A DNA stretch of 64,000 bases from Heptranchias perlo. Taxonomy: Eukaryota. Under the pieces are notes generated by a model. That model did not search any database, had not been told where the DNA came from, and worked only from the letters and a program-made list of their open reading frames with translations. The position numbers and the translations under genes are program-made. This document shows positions 12,706 through 25,460 of the stretch, piece by piece. Position 1 is the stretch's first letter. Each line of letters starts with the position of its first letter. Location: contig NC_090346.1 in NCBI RefSeq assembly GCF_035084215.1, positions 38,316,001-38,380,000 of the forward strand, written 5' to 3'.

Positions 12706-13991
12706 TGGTAAATGAGTGGAAGGAGGAAGGGGGGGGCATTGGAAGGAAGAAGAGGGTGCGCACCCTGGGAGGGAGGGCAGGCAAAGTGACGTCTTCACGC
12801 CTACCCCCACGTGGTTGATGCGGGAGGACACTTGACCGTGATGAGCCTCACCTCATCCTCTCTCCAACTCTGAGCCCCTCTGGCTCTGTGCGAGACACAC
12901 ACACGACTCCCCTCACACAGGCAGCCGCCAAGCTGCTGCCACTGGGCCTGTGGGAGGAAACGCAATTGATGAGTCCGATCTGTCGGGGGTTGAGGAACCT
13001 TTGGGAGTTGGAGTAGATGCGTCCCACTCCCCTGTAAGACCCATGTTGATGACAACTGGGGAGGGGACTTCATTAAGTCGACAAGTGAGGTGAACGATGT
13101 TTGCTGAGAACGACAAGCACCTTGACTCTCTCATCTCCATTAGACAGGAGATCAATGGCGTTGGCCATAACATGTGACCAGCTGGCAAATATTGGGCATA
13201 ATGTAGGTCACCTTTGCCAGGTTCTTTTACATGTCGCTGATGTGACGGCTGTACTGCACCTGACGCCTGTGACACCCCACCTGCCTCCTCCCACTGCAGA
13301 CACAGTCCAGGCCCAAGAACCAGCAGCTCAGGCTCCCCCAGGCGTTACTTCTCCCAATGTCCGCTTGGAGCAGCACCTCCCCAGCTCCGAGCTCCCTGAT
13401 CACAGCCAACAGACAAGATACAGAGGTCATGCCCTTGGCACAAGAGGGGTCGGTTCACAGGGAGGGATGAGGACCAGGAGGAAATAGGGTGCCCCTCTTG
13501 TGCAGAGTACACCTCCTCTTGCTCAGACATTGTCATGGCGGCCCTCGGGCACGCCAGAGAGGGGGCAAATCAGTTAATGTTTTTGTTCTTTGTCTTAGTT
13601 CTTAGTCAGAAGTCATTTGTAACTGTTTGAAAATTTTTATGACTATCAACCACGTTTACAACTGTTTCCAAAGTAGAAAATGACTAAATTAACTCAATTT
13701 TTAGTCAACTCAAAACTCAGTTTTGCACTAAGCACCTCAATGTTTAATTAAGTTTTGCAATAACTACCTATTTCTTAAAAGTTTGCACCAAGTATTTGCT
13801 GCTGCAATAAAAGTTCACTGTTTCACTTTCAATCTTGCCTGTCCTTTCGTGTACTTCCCTGGGTGGGGGGGGAAGGGGAGGCATTTTGCCATTTTCACCA
13901 CTGTCCAAATGCATGAGCCACCAGCTGGTCTCTCGCCACCCTGCCCTCTGCAGCCGTGGCTTCCTCGGGGCGGGGGTCACGAACCATGACC

Positions 13992-14898
13992 CTAGCGACA
14001 TCCGGTTTGGGATCCTCCATCTCGTCCATTTCCAACCGGCATCTCGTCTGCCTGGTTAAGGGTCAGTCCTTCCCGCAGGGTAAAGTTGTGCAATGCGCAG
14101 TAGACCACCACAATCCTCGCCACTTTGAGTATTGCAAAATTCTCCCCCACCTGTCCAAGCACTGGAAGTGGGATTTCAACACCCCTGTTGTCCAATCCAC
14201 TACTTGGCGCGTGCAAATGTGGGCACGGTTGTACCGCTCTTGTGCTGCATTATTGGTCCTGCGGCAGGGTGGCATCAGCCACGGCTTTAGATCCATCCAG
14301 ATCCTTGCTGTGCTCTGGTGAAGGAATCATGTAAGTCCGAGTGCTGAAGGACGAAGGCGTCATGAGCACTACCCCGGTGATCTGCTTTGACATTCATGAT
14401 CCGCAGTTTGACATCGCAAAGGATCATCACATTTAATGTATGAAACCCCTTCCTGTTGATGCATGTGACAGGTGCATCATTGGGTGTCTTCAATGGCACA
14501 TGGGTTCCGTCGAAAGCCCCCTGCGCTTTAGGGAAGCCAGCGATCCTGGGGAAAGGGATGGACCTCTCCCTCTGCTGCGCTGGGGACACATCAAGGCTGA
14601 TGAACTCAGAAGCCCTGCGGAATTTGGCATCCATGACCTGCTAAATGCAGACTCTCGCAGCACTCTGGGTGATGTTGCACATGTCACCGGCGCCTGACTG
14701 AAATGACCTGCATGCATAAAATTCGAGGGCTGTGGTTACCTTTGTGGCCACTGACAAGGCCCTGCGGGAATCAGAACGTGGCTGAAGGTGCTCTCGTAAC
14801 ATTTGACAGAGGCGGCCGATTGCCTCCTTACTAAAGTGAAGTCTCGTCACACACAGTTCCTCCGATATTATCTCGAAGGATAGTCTCTCCCTATACAC
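13992..14898 (-). pseudogene. HARBI1-like DDE transposase, disrupted
   Basis: KVTTALEFYACRSFQ..GD, AGFPKAQGAFDGTH, NRKGFH, GSAHDAF, LKPWLM, RQVVDWTTGVLKSHFQCLD, split by stops and frameshifts. Confidence 0.9.
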
Positions 14899-15427
14899 TC
14901 TCTGGGGTGGGTAATCGTTCCTCCTGGCGCTGGACTCTTCTTTGTTGTTCCCTGAGTCGGCCTTCCACTCTGTACAGTAAATACATAAACAGTAGGATCT
15001 CGAGTGGAAAAAGCATTTTTTTTACCCCTCTTTTCTTTTTCCACACAGGCCTCTTTAAGCACTTCCAGGACTCTTGACGTCACATAAATTTGAAAAAAAT
15101 TGAAAAATTCTGACACACGGCTCTCACAGACTTTTTGTGCAAATCTCTGATTGGTAGAAAGCTCCCTCCGGCTGACTCCTGGCTTCATTAAATATGTGTG
15201 AAATTTAAATGGTGGCAAGACAGGCTCCTCACGTTAGTTCAGACAAGCTCTAACTTTTTCTGGAGAGTTTGGTACGTTCTTACGGCGTCAGTGCAGCAAC
15301 TTCAGGCTCTTCCATTCATTTGAATGGAGGGCCAGCTGGTGAGATGTCCCTCCCACGGAGCTTACGGTGGAGCAGGTACAGCAACTTCTGGATTTCCAGT
15401 TTAACTGCACATGTGCGATCACTGGAC

Positions 15428-15902
15428 TATGAGTACTGGTGAATGTAAGTATTGAGGGAATGTGAGTATTTAGTGAATGTGAGTACTGGGTGAATGAGAG
15501 TATTGGGGGAATGTGAGTATTTAGTGAATGTGAGTACTGGGTGAATGAGAGTATTGAGGGAATGTGAGTATTGGGGTGAATGTGAGTATTTAGTGAATGT
15601 GAGTATTTAGTGAATGTGAGTACTGGGTGAATGTGAGTATTTAGTGAATGTGAGTATTTAGTGAATGTGAGTACTGAGTGAATGTGAGTATTTAGTGAAT
15701 GTGAGTATTGAGGGAATGTGAGTATTTAGTGAATGTGAGTACTGAGTGAATGTGAGTATTTAGTGAATGTGAGTACTGAGTGAATGTGAGTATTTAGTGA
15801 ATGTGAGTACTGAGTGAATGTGAGTATTTAGTGAATGTGAGTACTGAGTGAATGTGAGTATTTAGTGAATGTGAGTATTTAGTGAATGTGAGTACTGAGT
15901 GA
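15428..15902. repeat. 17-bp minisatellite GTGAATGTGAGTA(TTTA/CTGA)
   Basis: Tandem units of two main variants; a short remnant recurs near 16680-16705. Confidence 0.95.
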
Positions 15903-16312
15903 CTATCATAATAGGTACAGCACAGGAGGAGGCCACTTGGCCCATTATGCCTGTGCCAGATCTTTGAAAGAGCTATCCAATTATTCCCATTCCCCGGCTC
16001 TTTCCCCATTGCCTGGTAAATTTTTTCCATTCAAGTGTTTATCCATTTTCCTTCTGAAAGTTACTATTGAATCTGCTTCCACCACCCTTTCAGGCAGTGC
16101 ATTCCAGATCATTACAACTCACTGCATAAAAAAATGTTTCCTCATGTCGCCTCTGGCTCTTTTGCCAATCACCTTAAGTCTGTGTCCTCTGCTTACTGAC
16201 CCTTCTGCCACTGGAAAGAGTTTCTCCTTATTTACTCTATCAAAACTGTTCATGATTTTGAACACTTCTATCAACCCCAGCTTCTCCACATATCTGAAGT
16301 CCATCATCCCTT
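15903..16312 (-). mobile_element. CR1-type LINE 3' fragment
   Basis: ORF 16119-16307 LIEVFKIMNSFDRVNKEKLFP...RGHRLK. Confidence 0.85.
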
Positions 16313-16921
16313 AGTCTGTATATTAGTCAATTTTCCATGGCATTGTACAGTCAAGACTATGTGTTGTCTTCAGTTGAAGCAAGTCTAGAGGGCGGGGTAA
16401 TTGAAACAGGGGTAATGCAAACATAGTTCTGTCCCCGTTTTAAAGTCATGCAATCTGTTCTAATTTTTATATAATACCTTGATTTATTTTTTATATAGTT
16501 AAATAGCAAAACTTATGGCAATTTGGGAACTGGGGAAGTAGAGTTCTTTGGAGTTTCACTGCAGTACAGGCGGAGGAACTGGGAGATGCAAAACTGAGGT
16601 GTTACAACACCACTGGAGGAAGAGTACAATTAAGTGTGACAAGTTTATATTGGCAGTTTCCATTATAAATGTGGACATATGAGTATTTAGTGAATGAGAG
16701 TACTGAGAACCAGAGTATGAAATGTGACTGATGTGGGCACGCTCTGGGATCAGTGAATAGGACAGAGAGTAGGACAGCCCTTAAATCTAGTTATTTAACA
16801 AAGATTTTTGGGATCTATGGAGAATACATAGTAATGTACCACTGCCGCATGTTTTGCGTAGAAACTGAATAAATATGACTGGCTAGAATGTGCACTCCAC
16901 TGCGTCCTATGAGTATCTTAC

Positions 16922-17140
16922 AGTGAATGTCTTAATGTGGTTAAAGGGAAAACTTAAGACTGCTCGTTTGGTTCAAATTCTGGATTCAAGCTTATCTTTC
17001 GGGAGAGACTGAGCTTCCTTTTACCAGTGACTTTTAGGTGAGCGGACGTGGTGTTAATGTTGCTGCTGGAGTTAAGCGGGGATTTTGCAGGAGTGCCGCC
17101 GGCTTCTCGCCTGCGTCCTCTAATGGAAAGGTTTAACACC
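16922..17140 (-). other. Candidate non-coding (5'UTR) exon of a minus-strand gene; a further donor AAG|gtaact at 17382
   Basis: Acceptor ttttttttaaacag at 17141-17155 and donor gtaaga at 16921; unique, relatively CpG-rich sequence. Confidence 0.4.
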
Positions 17141-19287
17141 CTGTTTAAAAAAAAACGGAGTAAATATGAGGTCTGGAAATACAGAGATATAAGAGGGTTC
17201 GCGCCTCACCCTATCAATCAGTAAAAAAAATGTGAGGGACCACATCACACAAATAATGAAGTGTCAGAAATACACCATAAACCGAGGAGGCGGGTGAGAA
17301 ACCCTTTTATCTCGACTGAACCTGCGCTGTTCCACGATGGTTCCCCGCCGGCTCCTGTTAATCCTTTGATTGTGAAGTTACCTTGATGGATCCAGTGTTC
17401 CAGTGTATCTCAGCGTTCGCAAAGATCCACCATCATTAACTGGCGAGGGGAGGAAGTGTCAGAGGCAGGTGGGGGGCGGTAAAGGCAAGGAACCAGTGTT
17501 TGAGGGAAGGTAGAAATCAGATAAACAGAGAGACCTGAACAAGAATAAAGAGGGAAGAGGAGGGGGAAGAGACAGTTAAAGGGCAATGAGGACTGAGCGG
17601 AGGAGCAAGGGGGAGGGCAAGGAAAAATACAAAGAGATGGTGACAATATACCTTGTATAAAAAGGTGGTCTAAACAGGAAAATAAGGAATAGACGAGAGA
17701 AAGAAGGAAACCATGGAATAAATAGCGCAGCTGTAGAAAGTTAGGACCCATATAGATAGGGGGAGCGTTGAGTGGAAATGAAATAAAGAGCAGAAAACAG
17801 CAAATTAGATCAGATATCATCGTTCTAGGTTGATATTTTGCAGGAGTGCAGCCGGCTTCTCGCCTGCGTCCTCCAATGGAATGTGATTTGAGGTTGAGAG
17901 TGTGACTGTTGGAGAGGTTCGGAGATGAGTGTATGTGTGCGTGAGAGAGTGAGAATGTGTGTGTGTGAGAGACTAATGTGTGTGAGTGTTTGTGTGTGTG
18001 TGAGTGAGATTAATGTGTGTGTGAGAGTGTCTGAGTGTAGAGCCTGCGCACTGTATATCAGATCCGACCAGTGAGTCGAAAATGTGAGAGCGAGACATGT
18101 GAGATCAATACTCCAACACACACACACACAATTTAGTCAGCACTTTGGGAACTGGTGCCAGATCTTTGAACGAAAGAAAAGGGAAACAACGCCACAAGCA
18201 GGTCAGAACTCCTACCTCTGGAATCAGGTATAATGAAAAATTCAGATCCGAAATTCTCAGTTTAACTTTGACCAAAGTATCCTGAAAAACAATACTGCCC
18301 TGTTATACGTAAGATGCATCGGTGCGCATAGTTTATAGCGTCGAACATGCTCTATATGTAGTACTGTGTTTATGTTGTAGCGCACATTGTATACAATATA
18401 TATGTGTGAATTATAAATATATATAATATAGAATTAGTGTGATCGTAGACTCTTATACTGTTAATACATATGTTCATTTCTTGGTGTGGTTGCATGCCTG
18501 AGCAAATAATTTCTGTTTATTTATGTCAATATAATAAATTAAATTTACATATACAAAAAACAGAGAATGAATGAATGTGAATGTTGTCTTTAAATACAGA
18601 GTGCAAATACAAAGATGAAAGCAACGGATATGTACAATATATCAAAGTTACTGGTTCAGGTAAAGTATGTCAAATGTGTCTGTGCTTACGAGGACTGCAG
18701 CTTAACAACACCAATGTTAGACATGATACTTAGACCCATTTACAAAAACAATGTATATATATATATATATATACACACACATATATATACATACACACAT
18801 AAAATATATACAAAAACGTAGATGGAAATAATTCCCATGTACAAAGTTACATTTTTGTGCAATGTTTGCATTTTGATTAATTGAAAAAAATGTATTATCT
18901 GTGTATTTAAATGAAAGTTGATTTGGCGGCTAGACTCGCTATTCAGTTTCAATTCTACTTTTCATATTTTCCACTAATAAATTCGTAATTGACTAAAGTA
19001 CTGCAAGGGGCAGGGAGATTAGATCTAATGAGGATTAGGGATACGGCATACAAAAAATAGGTAGTTAGCAATCTCCGACATATTGCAATTCAAATAACTG
19101 CTTTGAGAAAATAAAATGTAAGCAAAACGATCAGAGAGCCGCCGTCAGCCAACTCCAGTTTTCTGGGGCTTCAACACCGAGGAGTTTGCTGTGTCCAGCA
19201 ACAGACCTATCTATAAAAGCAGAAACATTCAGATACAACTTACAGTTACTTTGAATAAGGAATTAATGAAATACAAGGTTTCGCTGA

Positions 19288-20005
19288 TCATAGTATCATA
19301 GTAGTACCTAGCACTGTAGATCATAGTAGCACAGGAAAAGGCCATTCGGCCCATCGTTCCTGTGCCTGCTCTTTGAAAGAGCTATCCAATTAGTCTCATT
19401 CCCCTGCTCTTTCCCCATAACCCTGTAAATTATTTCCCTTCAAGTATTTATCTAAGTACCTTTTGAAAGTTACTATTGAATCTGCTTCCACCACCCTTTC
19501 AGGCAGTGCATTCCAGATCATTACAACTCACTGTGTAAAAAAATGTTTCCACATGTCGCCTCTGGCTCTTTTGCCGATCACTTTAAACCTGGTTACCGAC
19601 CCTTGTGCCTTCTCCTTATTTACTCTATCAAAACAATTCATGATCTTAAACACCTCTATCAAATCTCCCCTTAATTTTCTTTGTTCTATGGAGAACAATC
19701 CCAGCTTCTCCAGTCTTTCCACATAACTGAAGTCCCTCATTCCTGGCACCATTCTAGTAAATCTCTTCTGGATCCATTCTAAGGCCTTGACATCCTTTCT
19801 AAAGTGTGGTGCCCAGAACTGAACACAATACTCCAGCTGTGGCCGAACCAGTGTTTTATAAAGGTTTGGCATAACTTTCCTTGCTTTTGTACTCCATTAA
19901 TAACCACCGTCAAAGATTTGTGTATGTGTACCCCCTCTGTTCCTGCACCCCCTTTAAAATTGTACCATTTAGTTTATATTGCCTCACCTCATTCTTCTTA
20001 CCAAA
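19288..20005 (-). mobile_element. CR1-type LINE 3' fragment
   Basis: ORF 19528-19872 NLYKTLVRPQLEYCVQFW. Confidence 0.9.
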
Positions 20006-20319
20006 GTATGTTTAATAGATAAATACAATGCCTGATTCATTTTAAGGTCTTCTTTATTTGATGTGTTGGAAGCTCGGTGCATGGTGAAAATCATAAAAGT
20101 TTTCTTGGCGTTGCTTCTTGTGAAGTGTCTGGATGGGGAAAATGGTAATAATCCAGCCCGTGGTTAGCACGGCATGATTTCTACTCTCTTCTCTACCGAT
20201 TCAGAGTGGACCCTGGATAAACTGATGGGAGCCGCTGATGGTGAAGTGAGTGAATTTGGTCAGAAGGTGGCAGTGTAGCATAAGAACAATTTTAAAAATC
20301 ATCTATTTTCTGCATTATT

Positions 20320-21076
20320 AGCCCGGAGTTTGCTGTAGCAGGGCAAGAATGGCACCTGTCATTAGTTAGACTTGCCCCTCGCCCATTTCATCTCCACGAT
20401 ATTTGCACCGCAAGTTGCTGGAAGTGGGAGATGGAAACAGCGTAGCGCCCTCTACAGGTCATCTGGGACCTGAGCGAACAGGGCAAGGAACTGTGTATCT
20501 CCTTAACCAGTCAGATTTAAGGATTAGGAAATTAACAGGAAGGGTAAGTTAGAATGGTGAATTCAATGTCAAATCAGGTACAGAAAGAGAAATAAAGAGA
20601 GGGAAAGAAAGATTGGATTAAGAGAGAGAAAAAAAAGAGATATAAAGAAAAAGTTTTTAAAAATAATTTTAATTCTTTTTTAAAATTTCCAACAACAATT
20701 AAAAGCTGAAGGAATGAGACTCCACACTTGTAATAGTTAATTTTCAGTGCCAGAGAGGTTGACTGGCAGCAATTAACACTTATCACGTCATTAAAAGGGT
20801 ACTTAGACTTGAAATGACTTGACTTAACTTTCTGTGGCGAGTTTAGTTTGTATCTACCTTGCAAATACAGCAACTTCACACCGTTCAATGCTGAGGCAGA
20901 GAACGAGATGCCATTTTTGCGACGCTAATGGCGAAGCGGCACATCTCAGACAGCAACTTTTGGATTTCCTTGTTTAACCTCGCATCTGCCCTCACCTGAA
21001 GTTGCTGTATGATTTGTGCATAAATAACGGTGAGCACCATTAACCTCACTGTTATTTTGACAGCAAATGCTGGGCC
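20320..21076. mobile_element. ~760-bp non-autonomous Harbinger-like MITE
   Basis: Imperfect TIRs AGCCCGGAGTTTGCTGT / ACAGCAAATGCTGGGCC; interior similar to 37174-37942. Confidence 0.7.
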
Positions 21077-21519
21077 AAAGAGATTCATTGTTCTATAGAG
21101 TACTTTTTGTGTGTATTTATGTAGATTTGGTACAGGTCAAGTCCTGTAGAAATTTCAGCACAGAAAAAGGCCTTTTGGCCCATTAAGGCTATGTTAGCAC
21201 AATTGAGCTTTTGTTTGGTTAGCCAGGTGTCCGATGCACAAGGAAACCCATCACCATGCTTCTTCATCATAATCATCATCATCATCATTGGCGGACCACC
21301 ACTGGAGCATCTGTGATTGTCCTCCACACCTCTTTATTAATGCTGGGCCCTGGTGTTGGATTTCAGACTGTCCATGATTGCTTTTTCATTGACATGTTAA
21401 GTGCTTTCAAAGAACGGATCCAGGCACAATGGGCCTGCCAGGTTATGCGGGATCGGCGGAAAGTTCTCCAATTTAAATATTGCTGGCAACGGTGCTGGTG
21501 AATTTCGGGCACCCACATA

Positions 21520-21850
21520 AAACTTCCAATTTAAAATTCTCATCCTTGTGTTTAAATACCTCCATGGTCTCATCCTTGTGTTTAAATACCTCCATTGCCT
21601 CACCCCTTCCTATCTCTGTAGCCTACTACAGCCCTACAAACTCACCCCCACAAACTCCCTGTTCTTCAAATCCTGGCCTCTTGTGTATCCCTCCCTCCCC
21701 ACCACCACCTCAACCACTGATGGCTGTTCCTCCAGCCGCCTAGGCCCTACACTGTGGAATTCCCTCCTTAAACCCTTTTGCCTCTCCACCTCCTTCCCCT
21801 CCTTTGACCCTCCTTAAAACCCACATCTTTGACCAAGGTTTTGATCATCT
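21520..21850 (+). mobile_element. L2-type LINE 3' fragment with a 30-bp internal tandem duplication
   Basis: ILVFKYLHCLTPSYLCSLLQPY; tctcatccttgtgtttaaatacctccat occurs twice. Confidence 0.75.
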
Positions 21851-23265
21851 CTCCTAATACCTATGCCTTTGACTTTCTGTGATGGGCCACGCCTACTGCA
21901 GTTACGACAGGAGATCAGGAGAACCCCTGCAGATATGTGCTCAAATCTCAAGAGTGCAACTTCCATCCACAACCTTCTGATCAGATGTGAGAGTTCTAAC
22001 AACTGAGCCAAACTGACACCCCTCGTGGAGTAAATTTAAACCCCATTCAAGGAGTTCTTACAGCAGCAGTTATTGTGTCAATATATGTCTAGTAGGAGGG
22101 ATTGCAGAGCAGATCATTTGTTGCTGTTTCAAGAACTCAGTCTCAAACCACTCCCTTGACACCACTTTCAAGTCCCTTTTGAAAAAAAAAGAATGAATGG
22201 AGCAGGATAGTAAATGTGCTATTCTGGGGTGTCCCGACTCCATAATAATATGGCATTGTGAATCAATGATAATATCACTGTGGTAACAATATGTTGTGAT
22301 TGCTTACTCTCTGACTGTCTTTCATTATTAATTCATGATAATTTTCCTATACATTTAAGCCACCCATTGTATAATTACTCTCAGGTAAAACTATGCCGTA
22401 CTATAGCTACTTTGATGTAATGTTATCCATGCTTACATTTGTCAGTGCTACTACCACTAATTACTCCATGGTAAAAATATATTGGGGTACAACCTTCCTG
22501 TGGTAATATGTTCTGCAGTTATACCTCTTTTTGCTACTCTGGTTAAGCCCCTCCTCGTTAAGTAATTCTTGGTTATGTTACACTATGTTTTCAGTACTCT
22601 GTGATGTTAGTAGCCTAAAGTAACACTCCATGGTAATGATAGTTCACATTTATCTGTGATATGCCTTCTGTGGTAGTCAGAGACCATCACTCTGGTTATG
22701 CAAATCTATGCTGTATTTTTTTGGTCTCTTCTGTATATAGCAGATTCTCTGCAATGTTTTAAACCCCTAATTGAGGAGTACATATAAGATCAGGTATCCT
22801 GAATATTGCAAAAAATATTTTTATAAAAAAGCTGTTTTATAACAATTCTGGTTTGCTTAAGGAGCTTAGAATATCATATTTATTCTGGCTGGACTCTGCT
22901 TGAACCCAAATAATGGGGTGTTTAACTGGCATGTTAAGAAGACTAATGAATGGATTACCATTTACAAGAGGACAGTTGGTTCCTTAATCTGTTATGTTCA
23001 TGCACATTGTCTAAATTGGCTGTAAAACTTTATAATTCAATTAAAATTACCTTCATTTTATGCTTAAAGGGACATCACCGCCACAGGACTCATTGGCACA
23101 GCTCCAGCAGTGTTATCAAGTAATTCAATGAGACACTTGGCATTACAAAATCTCATTACATTGTGAAAACACCATTGCATTTTGTGTGCGTGTGCATATG
23201 TGTGTATGCATGTGTGCATGTGCATGTGTGCATCCGTGTACATGTGCATGTGTATGTGTGCGTAC

Positions 23266-24661
23266 ATAGAATCATAGAATCATAGAAGGTTACAGCATGG
23301 AAGGAGGCCATTTGGCCCATCGAGTCTGCGCTGGCTCTATGCATGAGCAATTCAGTTGGTCCCACTGCCCCGTCTTATCCCCATAGCCCTGCACATTCTT
23401 TTGTTTCAAGTACTTATTCAGTTCCCTTTTGAAGGCCATGATTGAATCTGCCTCCACCACTCCCTCAGGCAGTGCATTCCAGATCCTAACCACTCACTGT
23501 GTAAAAATGGTTTTCCTCATATCACCTTTGGTTCTTTGCCAATCACCTTAAATCTATGCCCTCTGGTTCTTGACCCTTCCGCCAATGGGAACAGTTTCTC
23601 TCTATCCACTCTGTCTAGACCCTTCATGATTTTGAACACCTCTATCAAATCTCCTCTCAACCTTCTCTGTTCCAAGGAGAACAATCCTAGCCTCTCCAGT
23701 CTATCCATGTAATTTAAGTCCCTCAACCCTGGAATCATTCTAGTAAATCTCCTCTACGCCCTCTCTAAGGCCTTCACATCCTTCCTAAAGTGTGCTGCCC
23801 AGAACTGGACACCATACTCCAGTTGTGGACGAACCAGTGTTTTATAAAGGTTCATCATAACCTCCTTGCTTTTGTACTCCATGCCTCTATTTATAAAGCG
23901 TAGAACCCCGTATGCTTTTTTAACCGCTTTCTCAACCTGCCCTGCCACCTTCAACAATTTATGCACGTACACCCCGAGATCCCTCTGATCCTCCACCCCT
24001 TTTAGAATTGTGCCCTCTGGTTTATATTGCCTCTCCTCGATTTTCCTACTGAAATGCATCACCTCACAGTTTTCCACGTTAAACTTCATCTGCCATATGT
24101 CTGCCCATGCCACCAGAGTGTCTATATCCTCTTGAAATTTATTGCTATCCTTCTCACTGTTCACTACCATCCCAAGTTTTGTGTCATCCGCAAATTTTAA
24201 ATTTGGGCCCTGTACTCCCAAGTTCAAGTCATTAATATATATCAAGAAAAGCAGTGGTCCCAGCACCGACCCCTGGGGAACACCACTGCAATCTCCCTCC
24301 AGTCCAAATAACAACCGCTCACCACTACTCTCTATTTCCTGTCATTTAGCCAATTCTGTATCCATGTTGCTATTGCCCCCTTTATTCCATGGGCCGCAAT
24401 CTTAATAGCAAGGCTACCATGTGGCACTTTATCAAACGCTTTTTGAAAATCCATATACACCACATCAACTGCATTGCTATCATCTATCCTCTCTGTTATC
24501 GCATCAAAAAACTCTCTATCATGTTGGTAAAACACGATTTGCCTTTAACAAATCCCTGCTGGCTTTCCCTAATCAATCCACACTTGTCCAAGTGACTTTT
24601 AATTCTGTCCTGGATTACCGTTTCCAAAAGTTTCCCCACCACCGAGGTTAAACTGACTGGC
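23266..24661 (-). mobile_element. CR1-type LINE, 1.4-kb 5'-truncated copy with a disrupted RT domain
   Basis: [39 protein letters not shown]; ttctatga tail at 23266-23290. Confidence 0.93.
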
Positions 24662-25460
24662 CATGTATGTGTACATCCGTGTATGCGCGTGTGTGATCTG
24701 TGCGCATGTGTGCATATGCGTGCACATGTGTGTGTGGGTGTGTTTGTGTGTGCATGTGTGTGTGCATGTATGTGAGTATGCATCTGTGCGCATGTGTGCA
24801 TATGCGTGCACATGTGTGTGTGTGTGTTTGTGTGTGCATGTGTATGTGTGCATGCGCAGGTGTAATGTCTGTTCCAGAATAAACTGAAAATGATGGTCAC
24901 TGGGATAAGAATAGTCAGAGCAGGCAATGGCTGCCTGTTATGGGAATAAACCCTGCCCAAAAACTGACCATGAAATGACATTGGGCACAAATTGCTCGGT
25001 GCAGCAAACCAACAGTGCTTGCCGCTCCATAGATTTATACTAACCCACTAACTTACCACGGTCTTTTCTTCGGGTACTTCCTCGAATAGGAAGCGGAGAA
25101 GAGCCCAGCGTCAGTTCAAATGAAGTTAGGACCCTGGGAGAAAGGAACAACCTCTCCCCTCGGCCAATCAGATCACAGTATTTTTGACAAGCTGCGTTCA
25201 CTGGGCCCGATTTTACCAGGGGTGCGGCTTGGCAGCGGGTGGTCAGGCGGGCTCGAGGAAAACGCGCCGGCCAAATTGAGTGCGTTGCGCACGCGATCGC
25301 GGGATGATTGATGTAATTAGCCGGCAGTTACGGGTTCCGCGCTTCTCAGCTGCGTGCCGGCGGCCTGGGCATGCGCATTGACGTCTGAGCGATGGTTGCG
25401 CTCTATTTAAAGGGGCAGTCCACCAAAGCCCCTCCAGCCACAAACTACACTCCATCAAGG

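Larger units (their letters stand above)
11576..15427. mobile_element. Decayed PIF/Harbinger element of a second family; termini related to the ~770-bp MITEs
   Basis: Starts ATT|GGCCCGGATTTTCCT with MITE-like left subterminal sequence; minus-strand transposase pseudogene; right end gcaacttctggatttcc..actgcacatgtgcga matches 37820-37860, then is replaced by a minisatellite. Confidence 0.7.

Noticed and set aside
12164-12831. Pro/Ser-rich repetitive ORFs on the minus strand
   Set aside because: Translations of the 24-bp minisatellite.
18135-19192. REST/NRSE-like sites (tcagcactttggga; ttcaacaccgaggag)
   Set aside because: Too many mismatches to the 21-bp consensus to support by eye.
24496-24990. 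His/Thr/Cys-rich ORFs
   Set aside because: Translations of RY microsatellites joined to CR1 sequence.
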